Shown here in pieces: positions 9,761 through 20,037 of a stretch of 64,000 nt of DNA (position 1 is its first letter; the number at the start of each line of letters is the position of its first letter). Below the pieces are notes generated by a model. That model saw nothing but the letters and a program-made list of their open reading frames with translations. It did no database searches and had not been told where the DNA came from. The DNA lies in assembly GCA_963674785.1 (NCBI GenBank), contig OY771555.1, positions 1,600,001-1,664,000 on the forward strand, read 5' to 3'. This DNA is from Caldisericia bacterium. GTDB taxonomy: Bacteria > Caldisericota > Caldisericia > JAAYUI01. Position numbers and translations under genes: made by a program.

Positions 9761-10993
9761 GTGAGAGTAATAACACATTCTATCCCTGATTTTAGGTCAG
9801 TTGCATGTGGTGTGTTTTTGCCCATTGGGTCTGTTATTGAGGGTGATAAGGATGCCGGATTATCACATTTTCTGGAACATCTCGTTTTCAAGGGTAGCCC
9901 AAAATATGATGTTGATGCAATTTCGGATGCAATTGATTCAACAGGTGGTGAGGTAAATGCATATACTTCAACCGAACACACCTCATTTTACTTTAAGGTT
10001 CTGAAGTCTGATCTTGATAAGATTCTTGATATTTTGGTAGATATCGTTTTTTCACCAAAACTTCAGAAGGATGACATAGATAGGGAACGTGGAGTTGTTC
10101 TTTCTGAAATCGCTGCAATGCGTGATAATCCCGATGACCTCTCGAGTAATGGGATATTTAGTGCCTGCTGGGGTGACCATCCTGCAAGTAGACCCATACT
10201 TGGTTTGGAAGATGTGATTTCAAACATTACCCCATCTGAGATCAAGGAATTTCATAAAAAGAAATACCAGACTATGGATGCAGTGATTTCCTTTTGCGGT
10301 GGAGTTGAGGATGATGAGATTAGGTCTTTGCTTCAAAAGAAGGGCATAGAAGTTCAACCTGATAAAGTTGACTCCTCAGCTAACAGAGTCGACCCTCCAG
10401 AGTTCCTTACAAGGAAGTATTCAAAAGAATTTGATTCCGAGCAGATATACTTCACGTATGCTTGGAAAGGACCTGTCCTTGGAGGAGAAAATGTTGAAAA
10501 AACATTGGTTGCCAACTCAATTCTTTCAGGATCATACAGTTCAAGATTATTCAGGAGATTAAGAGAAAAAGAGGGTCTGGTTTACTCTGTTTCAGGTTTT
10601 ACAAATCTCCTAACCTTTGCTGGGTTAATTGGTGTACACGGCTCTGTTCCAAGGAATAAGTTTCAAAAAATGGATGAGGCTTTGAGAGAAGAGCTTTCTA
10701 GGTTTAGGACTGAAGGAATTTCTGAATCCGAACTTGTTAGGTCTAAAAGCATGATAAAAGGCTCAACGGCGATTTCCCTTGAGGGGAATATGGCTATGAT
10801 GCATAGGAATGGTAAACTGGGTTTGTTGCTTGGAGAAGTGCCATCAATAGATAAGTTGCTTGAGGATATTCAATCAATAGAGTTGCAGGATTTAAATGAT
10901 TATATCTTAAAAACCATTCCAGATGATTTGTCTGTTTCTGTTGTTGGAAAGGATGTCGAAAAAACAACTGGCATAACCCCAGAAAGCTTTTAA
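9761..10993 (+). CDS. M16 (pitrilysin-like) zinc peptidase
   Basis: HFLEH inverted zinc motif, NAYTS.EHT, SSRLF..LREKEGLVYSV. Confidence 0.92.
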   Translation: MRVITHSIPDFRSVACGVFLPIGSVIEGDKDAGLSHFLEHLVFKGSPKYDVDAISDAIDSTGGEVNAYTSTEHTSFYFKVLKSDLDKILDILVDIVFSPKLQKDDIDRERGVVLSEIAAMRDNPDDLSSNGIFSACWGDHPASRPILGLEDVISNITPSEIKEFHKKKYQTMDAVISFCGGVEDDEIRSLLQKKGIEVQPDKVDSSANRVDPPEFLTRKYSKEFDSEQIYFTYAWKGPVLGGENVEKTLVANSILSGSYSSRLFRRLREKEGLVYSVSGFTNLLTFAGLIGVHGSVPRNKFQKMDEALREELSRFRTEGISESELVRSKSMIKGSTAISLEGNMAMMHRNGKLGLLLGEVPSIDKLLEDIQSIELQDLNDYILKTIPDDLSVSVVGKDVEKTTGITPESF

Positions 10994-11011
10994 CAGAAAC
11001 CAGAGGTATAA

Positions 11012-11584
11012 ATGGATCAAACTGAATTGATTCTAAACGAGATAAAAAAACAGGTTTTGTCCTGTGATAAATGCACTTTGTGCGTAAATAGAATTAATGC
11101 TGTTCCCGGAGAAGGCTCTTGTAACGCTGCGATTATGTTCGTTGGAGAAGCCCCGGGAGCAAATGAAGATAAGCAAGGAAGACCCTTTATCGGGCAAGCC
11201 GGAAAACTGCTCGACAAACTTTTGGCGATGATTAGTTTGCAGCGTGAGGATGTATTCATTACGAACATTGCAAAATGCAGGCCTCCTCAAAATAGAGTTC
11301 CGGCCAAAGAAGAGATCGAAGCTTGCAGACCATATCTGATGGCTCAGATTTCTGCCATCAAGCCGAAGGTTATTGTTCCTTTGGGTTCTCCGTCGGTGAA
11401 AACTCTACTAGGAAGCTCTTTTACTATTGGTGGCGTTCACGGTAAGCTGCAAATAAAAGAAGGAATCAGATACCTGCCGATGTATCATCCTGCTGCCTAT
11501 CTTCACAAAAGGTCTCCAGACTTATTGGAGGCAATGAAAAATGATTTTAAGGAACTAAAAAAGCTTAGTTCACAGTTGGGATAA
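11012..11584 (+). CDS. uracil-DNA glycosylase family 4
   Basis: CxxCxL, VGEAPG..ED.QGRPF.G, TN..KCRPP.NR.P, YHPAA. Confidence 0.93.
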   Translation: MDQTELILNEIKKQVLSCDKCTLCVNRINAVPGEGSCNAAIMFVGEAPGANEDKQGRPFIGQAGKLLDKLLAMISLQREDVFITNIAKCRPPQNRVPAKEEIEACRPYLMAQISAIKPKVIVPLGSPSVKTLLGSSFTIGGVHGKLQIKEGIRYLPMYHPAAYLHKRSPDLLEAMKNDFKELKKLSSQLG

Positions 11585-11585
11585 T

Positions 11586-13247
11586 ATGAAGAATAAAAAA
11601 GATAATGGTGTCCTTATCACCTTACTCGGAGGGTTGGGTGAAATAGGCAAGAATATGACTGTTGTTGAATGGGAAGATAAAGCTGTAATTATTGATGCAG
11701 GTTTCAAATTTCCCGATGCTGATTTACCTGGAGTAGATAAGGTTATTCCAGATTTGAGTTATATTGAAAAAATCGCTTCAAAGATAAAAGCTGTTCTTTT
11801 GACTCATGGACATGCAGATCACATTGGTGCACTCAGATATGTTTTAGAAAAAGTAAAAGTACCAATTTATGGAACAAAATTGACCCTTGGTCTTGCGGAT
11901 GATGTTTTGCCGGGAAGTCTCAGACCACTTGAGTTTATGCAGATTGAGGCTGGAAAACACTACCAGATTGCAGGTATAAGGACTGAGTTTGTGAGGGTTA
12001 CACACTCAATACCTGAAGGAACTGCGATCGCATTGCATCTCCCTTCGGGAATTGTTCTGCATACTGGTGATTTTAAAATTGATTTGAAGCCTATTGATGG
12101 TAATCCTATGGATCTTCCTCGGTTTGGTGAACTTGGTTCAAAGGGTGTTTTATGTATGTTGGCTGACTCAACAAACGCCGATGAACCGGGATATACAGGT
12201 TCAGAATCAGAGGTTGGCAAAACGCTTGATAGGATTTTCAGGAAGGCCCCTGGTAGGATAATTGTTGCAACTTTCTCAACAAATATTCACAGACTTCAGC
12301 AAGTTGTTGATACAACCGAGATGATGGGCAGAAAACTGTTGCTTGATGGAAGAGGTATTATTGAAACCATAAAGGTTGCGTCAAGACTAGGATATTTCAA
12401 TATGCCACCGAAGCTGGTTATCAATCAGGATCAGCTCAAGTCATATAAACCAGAGGAATTGGTTATCATGACAACCGGTACACAAGGTGAGCCTATGTCT
12501 GGGTTAACAAAAATCGCCAATTCGACTCACAAATGTGTGCAGATCGCAAAAGACGATTATGTCTTAATCTCTGCTGATCCAATTCCTGGAAATGAGACTG
12601 TCGTTTCAAGAACTGTCTCGTCTTTGCTGAAGCTTGGCGCAACAGTCTTTTATAGAAGCCAAGATGGTGTCCATGTTTCGGGGCATGCTTCACAGGAAGA
12701 ACTTCGAATTATGCTTGGTCTTGTTAAACCGAAATATTTTATACCAGTGCATGGTGAATACAAACAGCAATGGTTTCACAGGCAGCTTGCTCAGGAAGTT
12801 GGTGTTGATGAAAAGAACATCTTCTTGTGCGAAAATGGTGATCAGGTCAAGTTGACAAAGACCTCTGGTAAGATCGAACGAAAAGTTTCAGCAAGCGCTG
12901 TTTACATTGATGGAAAATCAGTGGGTGACATCGGCACAGCGGTTCTTAAAGAAAGATCACGTCTCTCACGAGATGGGTTTATGACTATAAGCGTTGTAGT
13001 TTCTAACTTGAGCAAAGAGATTTTAGCCAAACCTGAGATAAACTCACTTGGCTTTATTTATATGAAGGAATCAACAGAAACCCTTGATGCTGCAATAAAA
13101 GCGGTTGAAAGATCCGTTATAGACTGGAAAGAAGCTGGGGAAACGATTCCAAAATTGAAAGCCAGAATCAAACAGAAGGTTGGTGAAGTGCTTCTTGACC
13201 AAACGAGAAGAAGACCTGTCATTATGCCGGTGGTTATTCAAGTATGA
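11586..13247 (+). CDS. rnj: ribonuclease J
   Basis: LGGLGEIGKN, THGHADHIG, HTGDFK, GTQGEPMS, HVSGHA, PVHGE. Confidence 0.95.
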   Translation: MKNKKDNGVLITLLGGLGEIGKNMTVVEWEDKAVIIDAGFKFPDADLPGVDKVIPDLSYIEKIASKIKAVLLTHGHADHIGALRYVLEKVKVPIYGTKLTLGLADDVLPGSLRPLEFMQIEAGKHYQIAGIRTEFVRVTHSIPEGTAIALHLPSGIVLHTGDFKIDLKPIDGNPMDLPRFGELGSKGVLCMLADSTNADEPGYTGSESEVGKTLDRIFRKAPGRIIVATFSTNIHRLQQVVDTTEMMGRKLLLDGRGIIETIKVASRLGYFNMPPKLVINQDQLKSYKPEELVIMTTGTQGEPMSGLTKIANSTHKCVQIAKDDYVLISADPIPGNETVVSRTVSSLLKLGATVFYRSQDGVHVSGHASQEELRIMLGLVKPKYFIPVHGEYKQQWFHRQLAQEVGVDEKNIFLCENGDQVKLTKTSGKIERKVSASAVYIDGKSVGDIGTAVLKERSRLSRDGFMTISVVVSNLSKEILAKPEINSLGFIYMKESTETLDAAIKAVERSVIDWKEAGETIPKLKARIKQKVGEVLLDQTRRRPVIMPVVIQV

Positions 13248-13762
13248 GAGAGATTGAAAAAAAACTCCTTCAAGAGGGATTGATTTTTGATTTTGTAAAA
13301 GGTAAATACAAGGATGATCGAATAATCACACGGGAATTTATTGAAACAAAGTTTTCGGCGGCTGTTGTTTTGCCAATATTTGAGGGAGATAAAATTGTTC
13401 TCGTAAAACAGTTCAGGGCACCAACTGGTGGGGATTTGCTTGAAGTCCCGGCAGGGAAAGTCGACCCCGGTGAAGAGCCAATCCATGCGGCCGTACGGGA
13501 GCTTCACGAGGAGACGGGAATGATTGCGGGGGAAATTAGTCCACTCGGTAAGGCATATGCTTCCCCTGGGATAAGCAGTGAACTTTACAATTTCTTTTTG
13601 GCAACAAACTTAACTCAAGCAGAGCCTGATCCAGATGAAGACGAGGATGTTGAAACAATTATCGTATCAATTGATGATTTTCAAAAAATGATTCTATCTG
13701 GTGAGATAGTCGACTCAAAAAGTATCGCAGCATTTGGACTCTGGAAAATTGCAGCTAAATAA
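13244..13762 (+). CDS. NUDIX hydrolase (ADP-ribose pyrophosphatase-like)
   Basis: Nudix box PAGKVDPGE....AAVRELHEETG; QFR.P and SPG motifs. Confidence 0.9.
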   Translation: MREIEKKLLQEGLIFDFVKGKYKDDRIITREFIETKFSAAVVLPIFEGDKIVLVKQFRAPTGGDLLEVPAGKVDPGEEPIHAAVRELHEETGMIAGEISPLGKAYASPGISSELYNFFLATNLTQAEPDPDEDEDVETIIVSIDDFQKMILSGEIVDSKSIAAFGLWKIAAK

Positions 13763-13802
13763 CTCGATATTGTAATTATCAAAACATCTATTAACCTCAG
13801 AG

Positions 13803-14375
13803 ATGATGAGAAGTAATTCTGAATTAGGAAACGTTTTTCGCAGTAAATCTGTGATCATGATCGTAAGAGGAGCAGCAATTGCTGCACTCTATGTAATTTT
13901 GACCCTACCGTTTGCTGTTTTTTCTTACGGCCCAATCCAATTGAGACTTGCTGAGATTTTAACAATCACACCATTTTTTTGGCCTGAGGCAATTCCAGGT
14001 CTTGCCATTGGATGTTTTATTGCAAATCTCAGTTCCCCGTTAGGTGTTGTTGATTGGATACTTGGAACTTTTGCAACACTTACTGCGGCAATTTTGACTT
14101 ACTATTTAAGAAAAACGAAGAGTCTATGGATTGCAGCCATACCACCGGTTATTGTAAATGCACTTATAATTGCCCTATATGTTCCATTTTTATTTGGAAT
14201 AAATCCTATACCGAAAGGGTTTGATGGATTTAGTTCAGTTGTTCAAGGTTTCAGTTTCCCCGTGTACCTGATGGCTGTTGGAACAATTGGTTTGGGGCAG
14301 ATAATCTCAGTCTATGGATTTGGAATCCTATTCGGTCTAGGGATAAAAAAAACAGGATTAACTGATGAAAAGTAG
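13803..14375 (+). CDS. QueT-family transporter (ECF S component)
   Basis: AALYV.LT....SYGPIQLRLAE.L, GL..GC.IAN..SP.G..D; multi-pass hydrophobic; start uncertain. Confidence 0.85.
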   Translation: MMRSNSELGNVFRSKSVIMIVRGAAIAALYVILTLPFAVFSYGPIQLRLAEILTITPFFWPEAIPGLAIGCFIANLSSPLGVVDWILGTFATLTAAILTYYLRKTKSLWIAAIPPVIVNALIIALYVPFLFGINPIPKGFDGFSSVVQGFSFPVYLMAVGTIGLGQIISVYGFGILFGLGIKKTGLTDEK

Positions 14376-15210
14376 ATTTAAGGTTGCTCTTGCTCAGTAT
14401 CAGCCAATATTTGGTAACATATCCGAAAATATCAAAAAACATATTGAATGGATAAGCTCAGCAAAAGAAAAAGGTGCAGATATTGTTGTGTTCCCTGAGC
14501 TTGCACTAAGCGGCTATACATTGAAAGATTTGGCATCTGAGCTTTCTTTAAGAAGGGATTCTGACGAGATCAGTGAGCTTGCAGATGCTTCAAAAGATAT
14601 TGCGGTAGTAACAAGTTTTCCACTCCTCGATGATGATTATGTATCATATATTGCGATGGGATTCTTTTATGATGGTAAACTCCAGCATACATACAAAAAA
14701 GTGCATCCCCCAACACATGGGATGTTTGAGGAATTGAAATACTTTGGTGAGGGTGATTCAATTGGTGCGGTTGATACTCCGTTTGGCCGAGTTGGAATGA
14801 TGATTTGCAGAGATATTTGGCATCCTGAGCATTCATATATTTTGTCTGTTGATGGTGCAAGTATTTTTGTTGTGAGTTCTGCTATCCCAGCCAGAAATCT
14901 TGGAAAAAATGGTTTTGGAATCGAAAACTCAATGGATAGGGCAGTATCAAGTATCGCATCTTCAAATCAGGCATGGGTTATTACGGTAAATAGGGTTGGA
15001 TTTGAGGACGGAATCACATTCCTCGGAAACTCATCAATTTGCTCTCCATCTGGAAGTATTATTAAAAAGCTCCCACTTCTTGATGAATCAATGGAGATTG
15101 TGGAGATCGATATGGATGAGCTGAGAAAATCCAGAGCAACATTGGATTTTGTGCGCGAGAGAAAAAATGACCTTATCTTGAAAGAGCTTAAAAGGATTAT
15201 GAAGAAATGA
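14365..15210 (+). CDS. carbon-nitrogen hydrolase; probable glutaminase subunit of NAD synthetase
   Basis: Nitrilase triad E (FPEL), K (YKKVH), C (MICRD); ATGA-coupled to nadE. Confidence 0.85.
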   Translation: MKSRFKVALAQYQPIFGNISENIKKHIEWISSAKEKGADIVVFPELALSGYTLKDLASELSLRRDSDEISELADASKDIAVVTSFPLLDDDYVSYIAMGFFYDGKLQHTYKKVHPPTHGMFEELKYFGEGDSIGAVDTPFGRVGMMICRDIWHPEHSYILSVDGASIFVVSSAIPARNLGKNGFGIENSMDRAVSSIASSNQAWVITVNRVGFEDGITFLGNSSICSPSGSIIKKLPLLDESMEIVEIDMDELRKSRATLDFVRERKNDLILKELKRIMKK

Positions 15211-16007
15211 TTGAACTCAATCTTGAGCTTGCAAAAAAAACGATATGTAATTTTATCAAGGAAGATATCCACAAATATGGATTAAAAGGTGGAGTTCTTG
15301 GATTGTCTGGTGGGCTTGATTCATCAATTGTCGCAGTTTTAGCCTCATCAGTCCTTGGTTCTGAAAATGTACTTGGATTAATCCTCCCCTATAGAAAGTC
15401 CAGTTCTGAGTCAAAAGAGCATGCATTGCTATTGGCCGACAAATTTGGAATAAGAACAAGAGAATTCGACATAAGTGAAATGGCAGATGGGTATCATGAG
15501 GAGATGAATAAAATCAGACTCGGTAATCTGCTGGCTAGACTTCGAATGTCGATTGTTTTTGATCAATCCCAAAAACATGGATACATGGTTTTGGGAACAT
15601 CAAACAAAACTGAATTTCTAATTGGTTATACAACATGGTATGGTGACAGTGCTGCTGGTATGTATCCAATTGGTGATTTGTATAAAACCCAGGTACGTGC
15701 GCTTGCAAAATACGTCGGCGTTCCAGATGAGATTATCTCAAAATCTCCATCAGCAGACCTCTGGCAGGGGCAAACTGATGAGGGTGAAATTGGAATAACA
15801 TATCAAAAAATGGACGAAATCCTTTTTCAGTTGTTTGATAGAAGAATGAGCAAAGAAGAGATAATCCAAAAAGGTTGTGACAGAGAAACGGTTGATAGGC
15901 TGTTACAAATGGTTAAGAGAACTCAGTTCAAAAGGATTATGCCACCGATATGCAAGCTCTCAGGGAGGACAATAGGATTGGACTTTGAATATATTCGGGA
16001 ATGGTAA
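15207..16007 (+). CDS. nadE: NAD+ synthetase
   Basis: LGLSGGLDS, GN..ARLRM, GTSNKTE..GY.T.YGD, PSADLW.GQTDE. Confidence 0.95.
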   Translation: MIELNLELAKKTICNFIKEDIHKYGLKGGVLGLSGGLDSSIVAVLASSVLGSENVLGLILPYRKSSSESKEHALLLADKFGIRTREFDISEMADGYHEEMNKIRLGNLLARLRMSIVFDQSQKHGYMVLGTSNKTEFLIGYTTWYGDSAAGMYPIGDLYKTQVRALAKYVGVPDEIISKSPSADLWQGQTDEGEIGITYQKMDEILFQLFDRRMSKEEIIQKGCDRETVDRLLQMVKRTQFKRIMPPICKLSGRTIGLDFEYIREW

Positions 16008-16015
16008 TAGTCTGA

Positions 16016-16390
16016 CTAAGTAGTTAACTTGCCAAGTTCGGTGACCACTTGTCTCAATATCATCAGAACAAAACCGAGTTTTGCAGATGATTTTGCAAGA
16101 ACTGTCAACGCTCCAAGTTCACCAACGGATGATACTACAACGTAGCCCTTTTCACCTTTGATGTACACCTGTTTCAGATCACCCGATATAAGATCAGAAA
16201 TTACTCTTTCGCCCAAGGCATAGAGTGTTGCTGACATCGCAGAAACTGTGTCTTCTTCGATATTTGGGGGTATCACAGAATAAACAGGCAGACCATCTTC
16301 TGATACAAGGGCACACCCAATTATATCTGGATTAGATGCTGAAACCTGGTCAACGATTCTTCTGATCTCGGAAATTCGTGGCTGATTCAT
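16016..16390 (-). CDS. Roadblock/LC7 domain protein (MglB-like)
   Basis: ALVSEDGL, SAMSA.L..LG, YIKGEKGYV, AKLG pattern; start at ATG 16390 inferred. Confidence 0.85.
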   Translation of the reverse strand: MNQPRISEIRRIVDQVSASNPDIIGCALVSEDGLPVYSVIPPNIEEDTVSAMSATLYALGERVISDLISGDLKQVYIKGEKGYVVVSSVGELGALTVLAKSSAKLGFVLMILRQVVTELGKLTT

Positions 16391-16438
16391 AGTCGATACA
16401 TATAATATACAAACAAACTGATTAGTCAATTCTTACAT

Positions 16439-16472
16439 AAAAAAACACCCAGGTTATGCCTGGGTGTTTTTT
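16439..16472. terminator. intrinsic terminator (T-runs on both strands), ends the 846-aa gene
   Basis: A-run-ACACCCAGG-ttatg-CCTGGGTGT-T-run. Confidence 0.8.
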
Positions 16473-16495
16473 AGGAAAAGAAAAAGATGAGCTGT

Positions 16496-19036
16496 TTATT
16501 GTGGTATAAAAAGCCTTTCGATTGTGATTTCTTTTGTTTCAGGAGCCCAGTCTACATCACCGTTGAATGCCTCCGATATTGCCCTTAATGGAACGAATGT
16601 CGATGAGTTTTTGATCATTGGGGCAACAGCAAGCTTTACTTTTTCACCCCTAACGATCATATGTGGAACGCCAATCTGAAGCAGTATCTGAATATCATCA
16701 AGTATTATATCTATACTTCTAGTGTTTCCATCATATTCAACCTTGGCACCAAATGCTTCAGAGATTGCACGAACAGGTACCATTGTTGAGCCATTTTCAA
16801 TAAATGGTGCAAATCTCAATTCTTTTGTTTCACCGTTGACCACAAACTCTGTTGAGTCAATTTGCATTATGATTGTTGTTCTTCTGAAGTTCGTAAGCGA
16901 AAACTCTCTTTTTGTTATGTTTCCAGCCAAATCTGTTGCTATTATCTCGAGCTTGTTTTCCCCAAACTCGACAGGAACAATAAACTCAAACTGGGAAGAT
17001 GTTTTTACAGGTCTTACACCATCTATCAATCCAATTGATACTTCGGATTCCTCGTCAACCCTACCTTTTATGACAATACTTGTTGCCTCAATGTATCGCT
17101 CATCAACCGCATCAACATCGAGATATGGTTCAGCAGTGTCGAGGGTTATTGAAAGCGATTTTCTTGTGGTGTTTCCAGCTGAGTCAACAGCTTTTATTTT
17201 TATAATGTTCTCACCTTCGCCAAGCTCAAAATTCAGTTTGAATTTTCCACTTCCATCAACTTCTGCTTCAACCTCATCGACAAAAATGCTTGTTCCCGGC
17301 TCAGTTACTCCTGTTATGTCTACAAAGTTTTCATTTGTAAGAGTTGGGATGTCATCATCAATCTCTAATTCTGGTGGAGTTTTATCCTTGCCTATTTTGA
17401 AGTTGGTCATGGTGGAGCCATTTTTTGACCCCCCTTCAACAGTTACATTTATCCAATCGGAACTAGTTGGAGTGAATGTGAAGTTGGCGATTCCGTTATC
17501 GTCACTCTTTTTTGTCATCAGCACACCGGCTCCAGAGAGTGTTACCTTTGCATCCACAACCGGTTTTTTGTCATCTTTTGTTGTAACGATGACTCTACAG
17601 TTTGTTTCAATCCCGACCTCTGGTTTTTCGGGATCGATTGAGACTCTTGCACTGATATTGCTTACTGTTGTTGAGCCTGATGAAAGAGAATGTTTGACAA
17701 AGGCGTCCATATCCAGCTTGAATGTACCATCGGGGTTGTATCTTGTTTTGATCTCTCTTGGGTCGTCTTCAGTAGCTGGACCACCACCCGCCAGATCAGA
17801 GTTTCCATAATCGTTGACACCGATCAAACATGTTATTCCACAAACATCATTTGCGAAGATGTAGAATTTTGTTTGACCATTTTCATCTAGACTCAATGAA
17901 TCTCGATAATTTAGCATGCCATCATCGTTAAAGTCAGGCATCAAGTAACAACCAAGATATGGTGAGTTGTAGATACATCCCATACCCCAACCGGCTTCTG
18001 TGTTTTCGTATTCAAAAAGATATCCGGTGGTAAACGAACCGTCGTCCCATCTTGTGCATGTTGTATTATAGAAGGTTTTATATGAGGTGTTGGATTGACC
18101 ATCACGTACGTTAAAGTATGCAATATCATATATCTCATTGTTAAGCTGTTCTAATATGTTGTCGTTATCCCAATCAATGCCTAGGTTTATCCAATATCTG
18201 TTCCCCATATCCGAAATGTATTTTATGTATTTGTTGGTTATCGGGTCTCTTGCAAGTACTTCTGTTGCCTCGTTGAAGTAAAAGTTAGCAAGAGCAGTTG
18301 AAGTAACAGTTAGTCTTGCGTCAGTATAGCTTCCACAGGTTCGTACAGTGCTAGCAACCCCTCTAATCAATCTTCCGTCTGCGGTCGAAACAGTAGGAAT
18401 AATCCCATAAACCCTATTGTCTGCAGCGGTCATAACAAAATCAGGATCACCAGGTGTATGGAAAATTTTATCTGGAGCTTCAATATTCCAAATCTCATAG
18501 TCGATTTGTGGAGATTCAACATTTACGGTGACTTTTCCATATCTTTTCCTGTCTGGTGTGTACACAGCAATATCAAACTCTCCCTCATCGTTTGCACAAA
18601 ATCCATTGAAGATATAGATGCCTTCTTCTGCCATTGAAAAATCGATATTTATTGGGTACTTAACATCGGGGAAAAGTGTTTTGTTGCAGATATCTGTGCC
18701 ATCATCGTTATGCAGATCAAATCTTGTCCAGTAATATTGTGGGAGTTCTTCTGGATGAACATCTTTAAACAATAGATTCCATACATCTTCATCTTCAATC
18801 GCGCCACCATTTGTTAAGTCTACAGGATTACTGTTTCCATCTGTAATTGTTATTGTGAATGGATTTGATGGATCGACTAATTCTGATACGACTCCTGCGG
18901 TAAGTACCGCAGGTGAATATGTTATTAAAAGTGATTCCCTAGCAGAATCAGTTTGTGCAAGTGCTGCATTGCTAGTTAGGATTGGGATCAAATTAAATAC
19001 CAGCAAGAAAACAAGTGCTTTTGCAACTTTCTTCAT
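16496..19036 (-). CDS. secreted protein: unknown N-terminal region, Ig-like repeats, C-terminal copper amine oxidase N-like (stalk) domain
   Basis: Signal peptide; D.TPP.L and GEN.I.I.A.D.AGN Ig repeats; AP.I.NG.T.VP.RAISEAF.A.V C-terminal pair. Confidence 0.8.
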   Translation of the reverse strand: MKKVAKALVFLLVFNLIPILTSNAALAQTDSARESLLITYSPAVLTAGVVSELVDPSNPFTITITDGNSNPVDLTNGGAIEDEDVWNLLFKDVHPEELPQYYWTRFDLHNDDGTDICNKTLFPDVKYPINIDFSMAEEGIYIFNGFCANDEGEFDIAVYTPDRKRYGKVTVNVESPQIDYEIWNIEAPDKIFHTPGDPDFVMTAADNRVYGIIPTVSTADGRLIRGVASTVRTCGSYTDARLTVTSTALANFYFNEATEVLARDPITNKYIKYISDMGNRYWINLGIDWDNDNILEQLNNEIYDIAYFNVRDGQSNTSYKTFYNTTCTRWDDGSFTTGYLFEYENTEAGWGMGCIYNSPYLGCYLMPDFNDDGMLNYRDSLSLDENGQTKFYIFANDVCGITCLIGVNDYGNSDLAGGGPATEDDPREIKTRYNPDGTFKLDMDAFVKHSLSSGSTTVSNISARVSIDPEKPEVGIETNCRVIVTTKDDKKPVVDAKVTLSGAGVLMTKKSDDNGIANFTFTPTSSDWINVTVEGGSKNGSTMTNFKIGKDKTPPELEIDDDIPTLTNENFVDITGVTEPGTSIFVDEVEAEVDGSGKFKLNFELGEGENIIKIKAVDSAGNTTRKSLSITLDTAEPYLDVDAVDERYIEATSIVIKGRVDEESEVSIGLIDGVRPVKTSSQFEFIVPVEFGENKLEIIATDLAGNITKREFSLTNFRRTTIIMQIDSTEFVVNGETKELRFAPFIENGSTMVPVRAISEAFGAKVEYDGNTRSIDIILDDIQILLQIGVPHMIVRGEKVKLAVAPMIKNSSTFVPLRAISEAFNGDVDWAPETKEITIERLFIPQ

Positions 19037-19149
19037 GATACCTCCTTATTCAGGGAAAATACAAAACAAGTTGAGCATCGGTTCATGATGAATTAGTTAT
19101 AATCTTCAACTTGTCTTGCTCTTTAGATTCATTATATTGTTTGTTTGTT

Positions 19150-20037
19150 ATGCAGACAAATTTGGTGGAGAAAAACACAATCGAGAGGCTTTTTGAACTT
19201 CAATCACCATGTGTCCTTTGTCCAAGAGAATGTGGAGCAAAAAGGAATGAAGGCGAGATTGGCTTTTGTGGCGCTACAACTGATGTTGTGATTTCTTCTC
19301 ATGGACAACACCTGGGGGAGGAGCCTCCGATATCTGGCATCTCTGGCTCTGGTACTGTGTTTTTTTCACATTGCACATTATCTTGCAAGTTTTGTCAGAA
19401 CTTTCCGATTTCACAGTTGCATAATGGTTACAAGGTAACAATAGACGAACTCGCAGACATTTTTTTGCTGCAGCAAACAAAAGGGTTCCACAATGTGAAT
19501 CTCGTCACACCGACACATTTTGCCCCTCAGATAGTTGTTGCTTTAGATATCGCCAAGAAAAAGGGTCTTACCATACCGGTTGTTTATAATACCTCTGGTT
19601 ATGAATCGGTTGAAGTGATTAAACTTCTAAATGGTTATGTTGATATTTATCTACCAGATATGAAATACTTTGACGACAGTGTTGCCCAAAAAATATCTTC
19701 AGCAATAAACTATGTTGATAACAATAAGGATGCTTCGATTGAGATGGGGAATCAGGTCGGTGAACTTGAGCTTGATGAGTATGGGATTGCAAAAAAAGGT
19801 CTGATTATTAGGCATTTAGTTCTCCCTGAAAACAAATCAAATTCAGATTTAGTTTTAAAGTGGATTGCAGAAAAAATTTCTTATGCTAGAATATCCCTGA
19901 TGAGTCAATATTTCCCTGCCCACAAGGCTGTAAATTACCCTGGACTTGACAGGAAAATAACAAAAGAAGAGTATGATTTTGCAGTAAAAATCATGGAGGA
20001 AGGTGGTTTGAATGGTTGGATACAACCGATTCAATAG
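19150..20037 (+). CDS. radical SAM protein, PflX-like
   Basis: C.LCPR.C, GEEPPISG..GSGT.FF, CxxxCxxCQN, N.NLVTPTH, YLPD.KY, RHLVLP. Confidence 0.9.
   Translation: MQTNLVEKNTIERLFELQSPCVLCPRECGAKRNEGEIGFCGATTDVVISSHGQHLGEEPPISGISGSGTVFFSHCTLSCKFCQNFPISQLHNGYKVTIDELADIFLLQQTKGFHNVNLVTPTHFAPQIVVALDIAKKKGLTIPVVYNTSGYESVEVIKLLNGYVDIYLPDMKYFDDSVAQKISSAINYVDNNKDASIEMGNQVGELELDEYGIAKKGLIIRHLVLPENKSNSDLVLKWIAEKISYARISLMSQYFPAHKAVNYPGLDRKITKEEYDFAVKIMEEGGLNGWIQPIQ

Noticed and set aside
13763-13856. preQ1 riboswitch upstream of queT, or C/D-box-like ATGATGA...CTGA
   Set aside because: No preQ1-I consensus hairpin or A-rich tail; the C/D-like words are only 9 nt apart and plausible by chance
16722-17810. 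362-aa plus-strand ORF
   Set aside because: Antisense shadow of the 846-aa gene; Ser/Thr/Phe-rich composition with no RBS or motif
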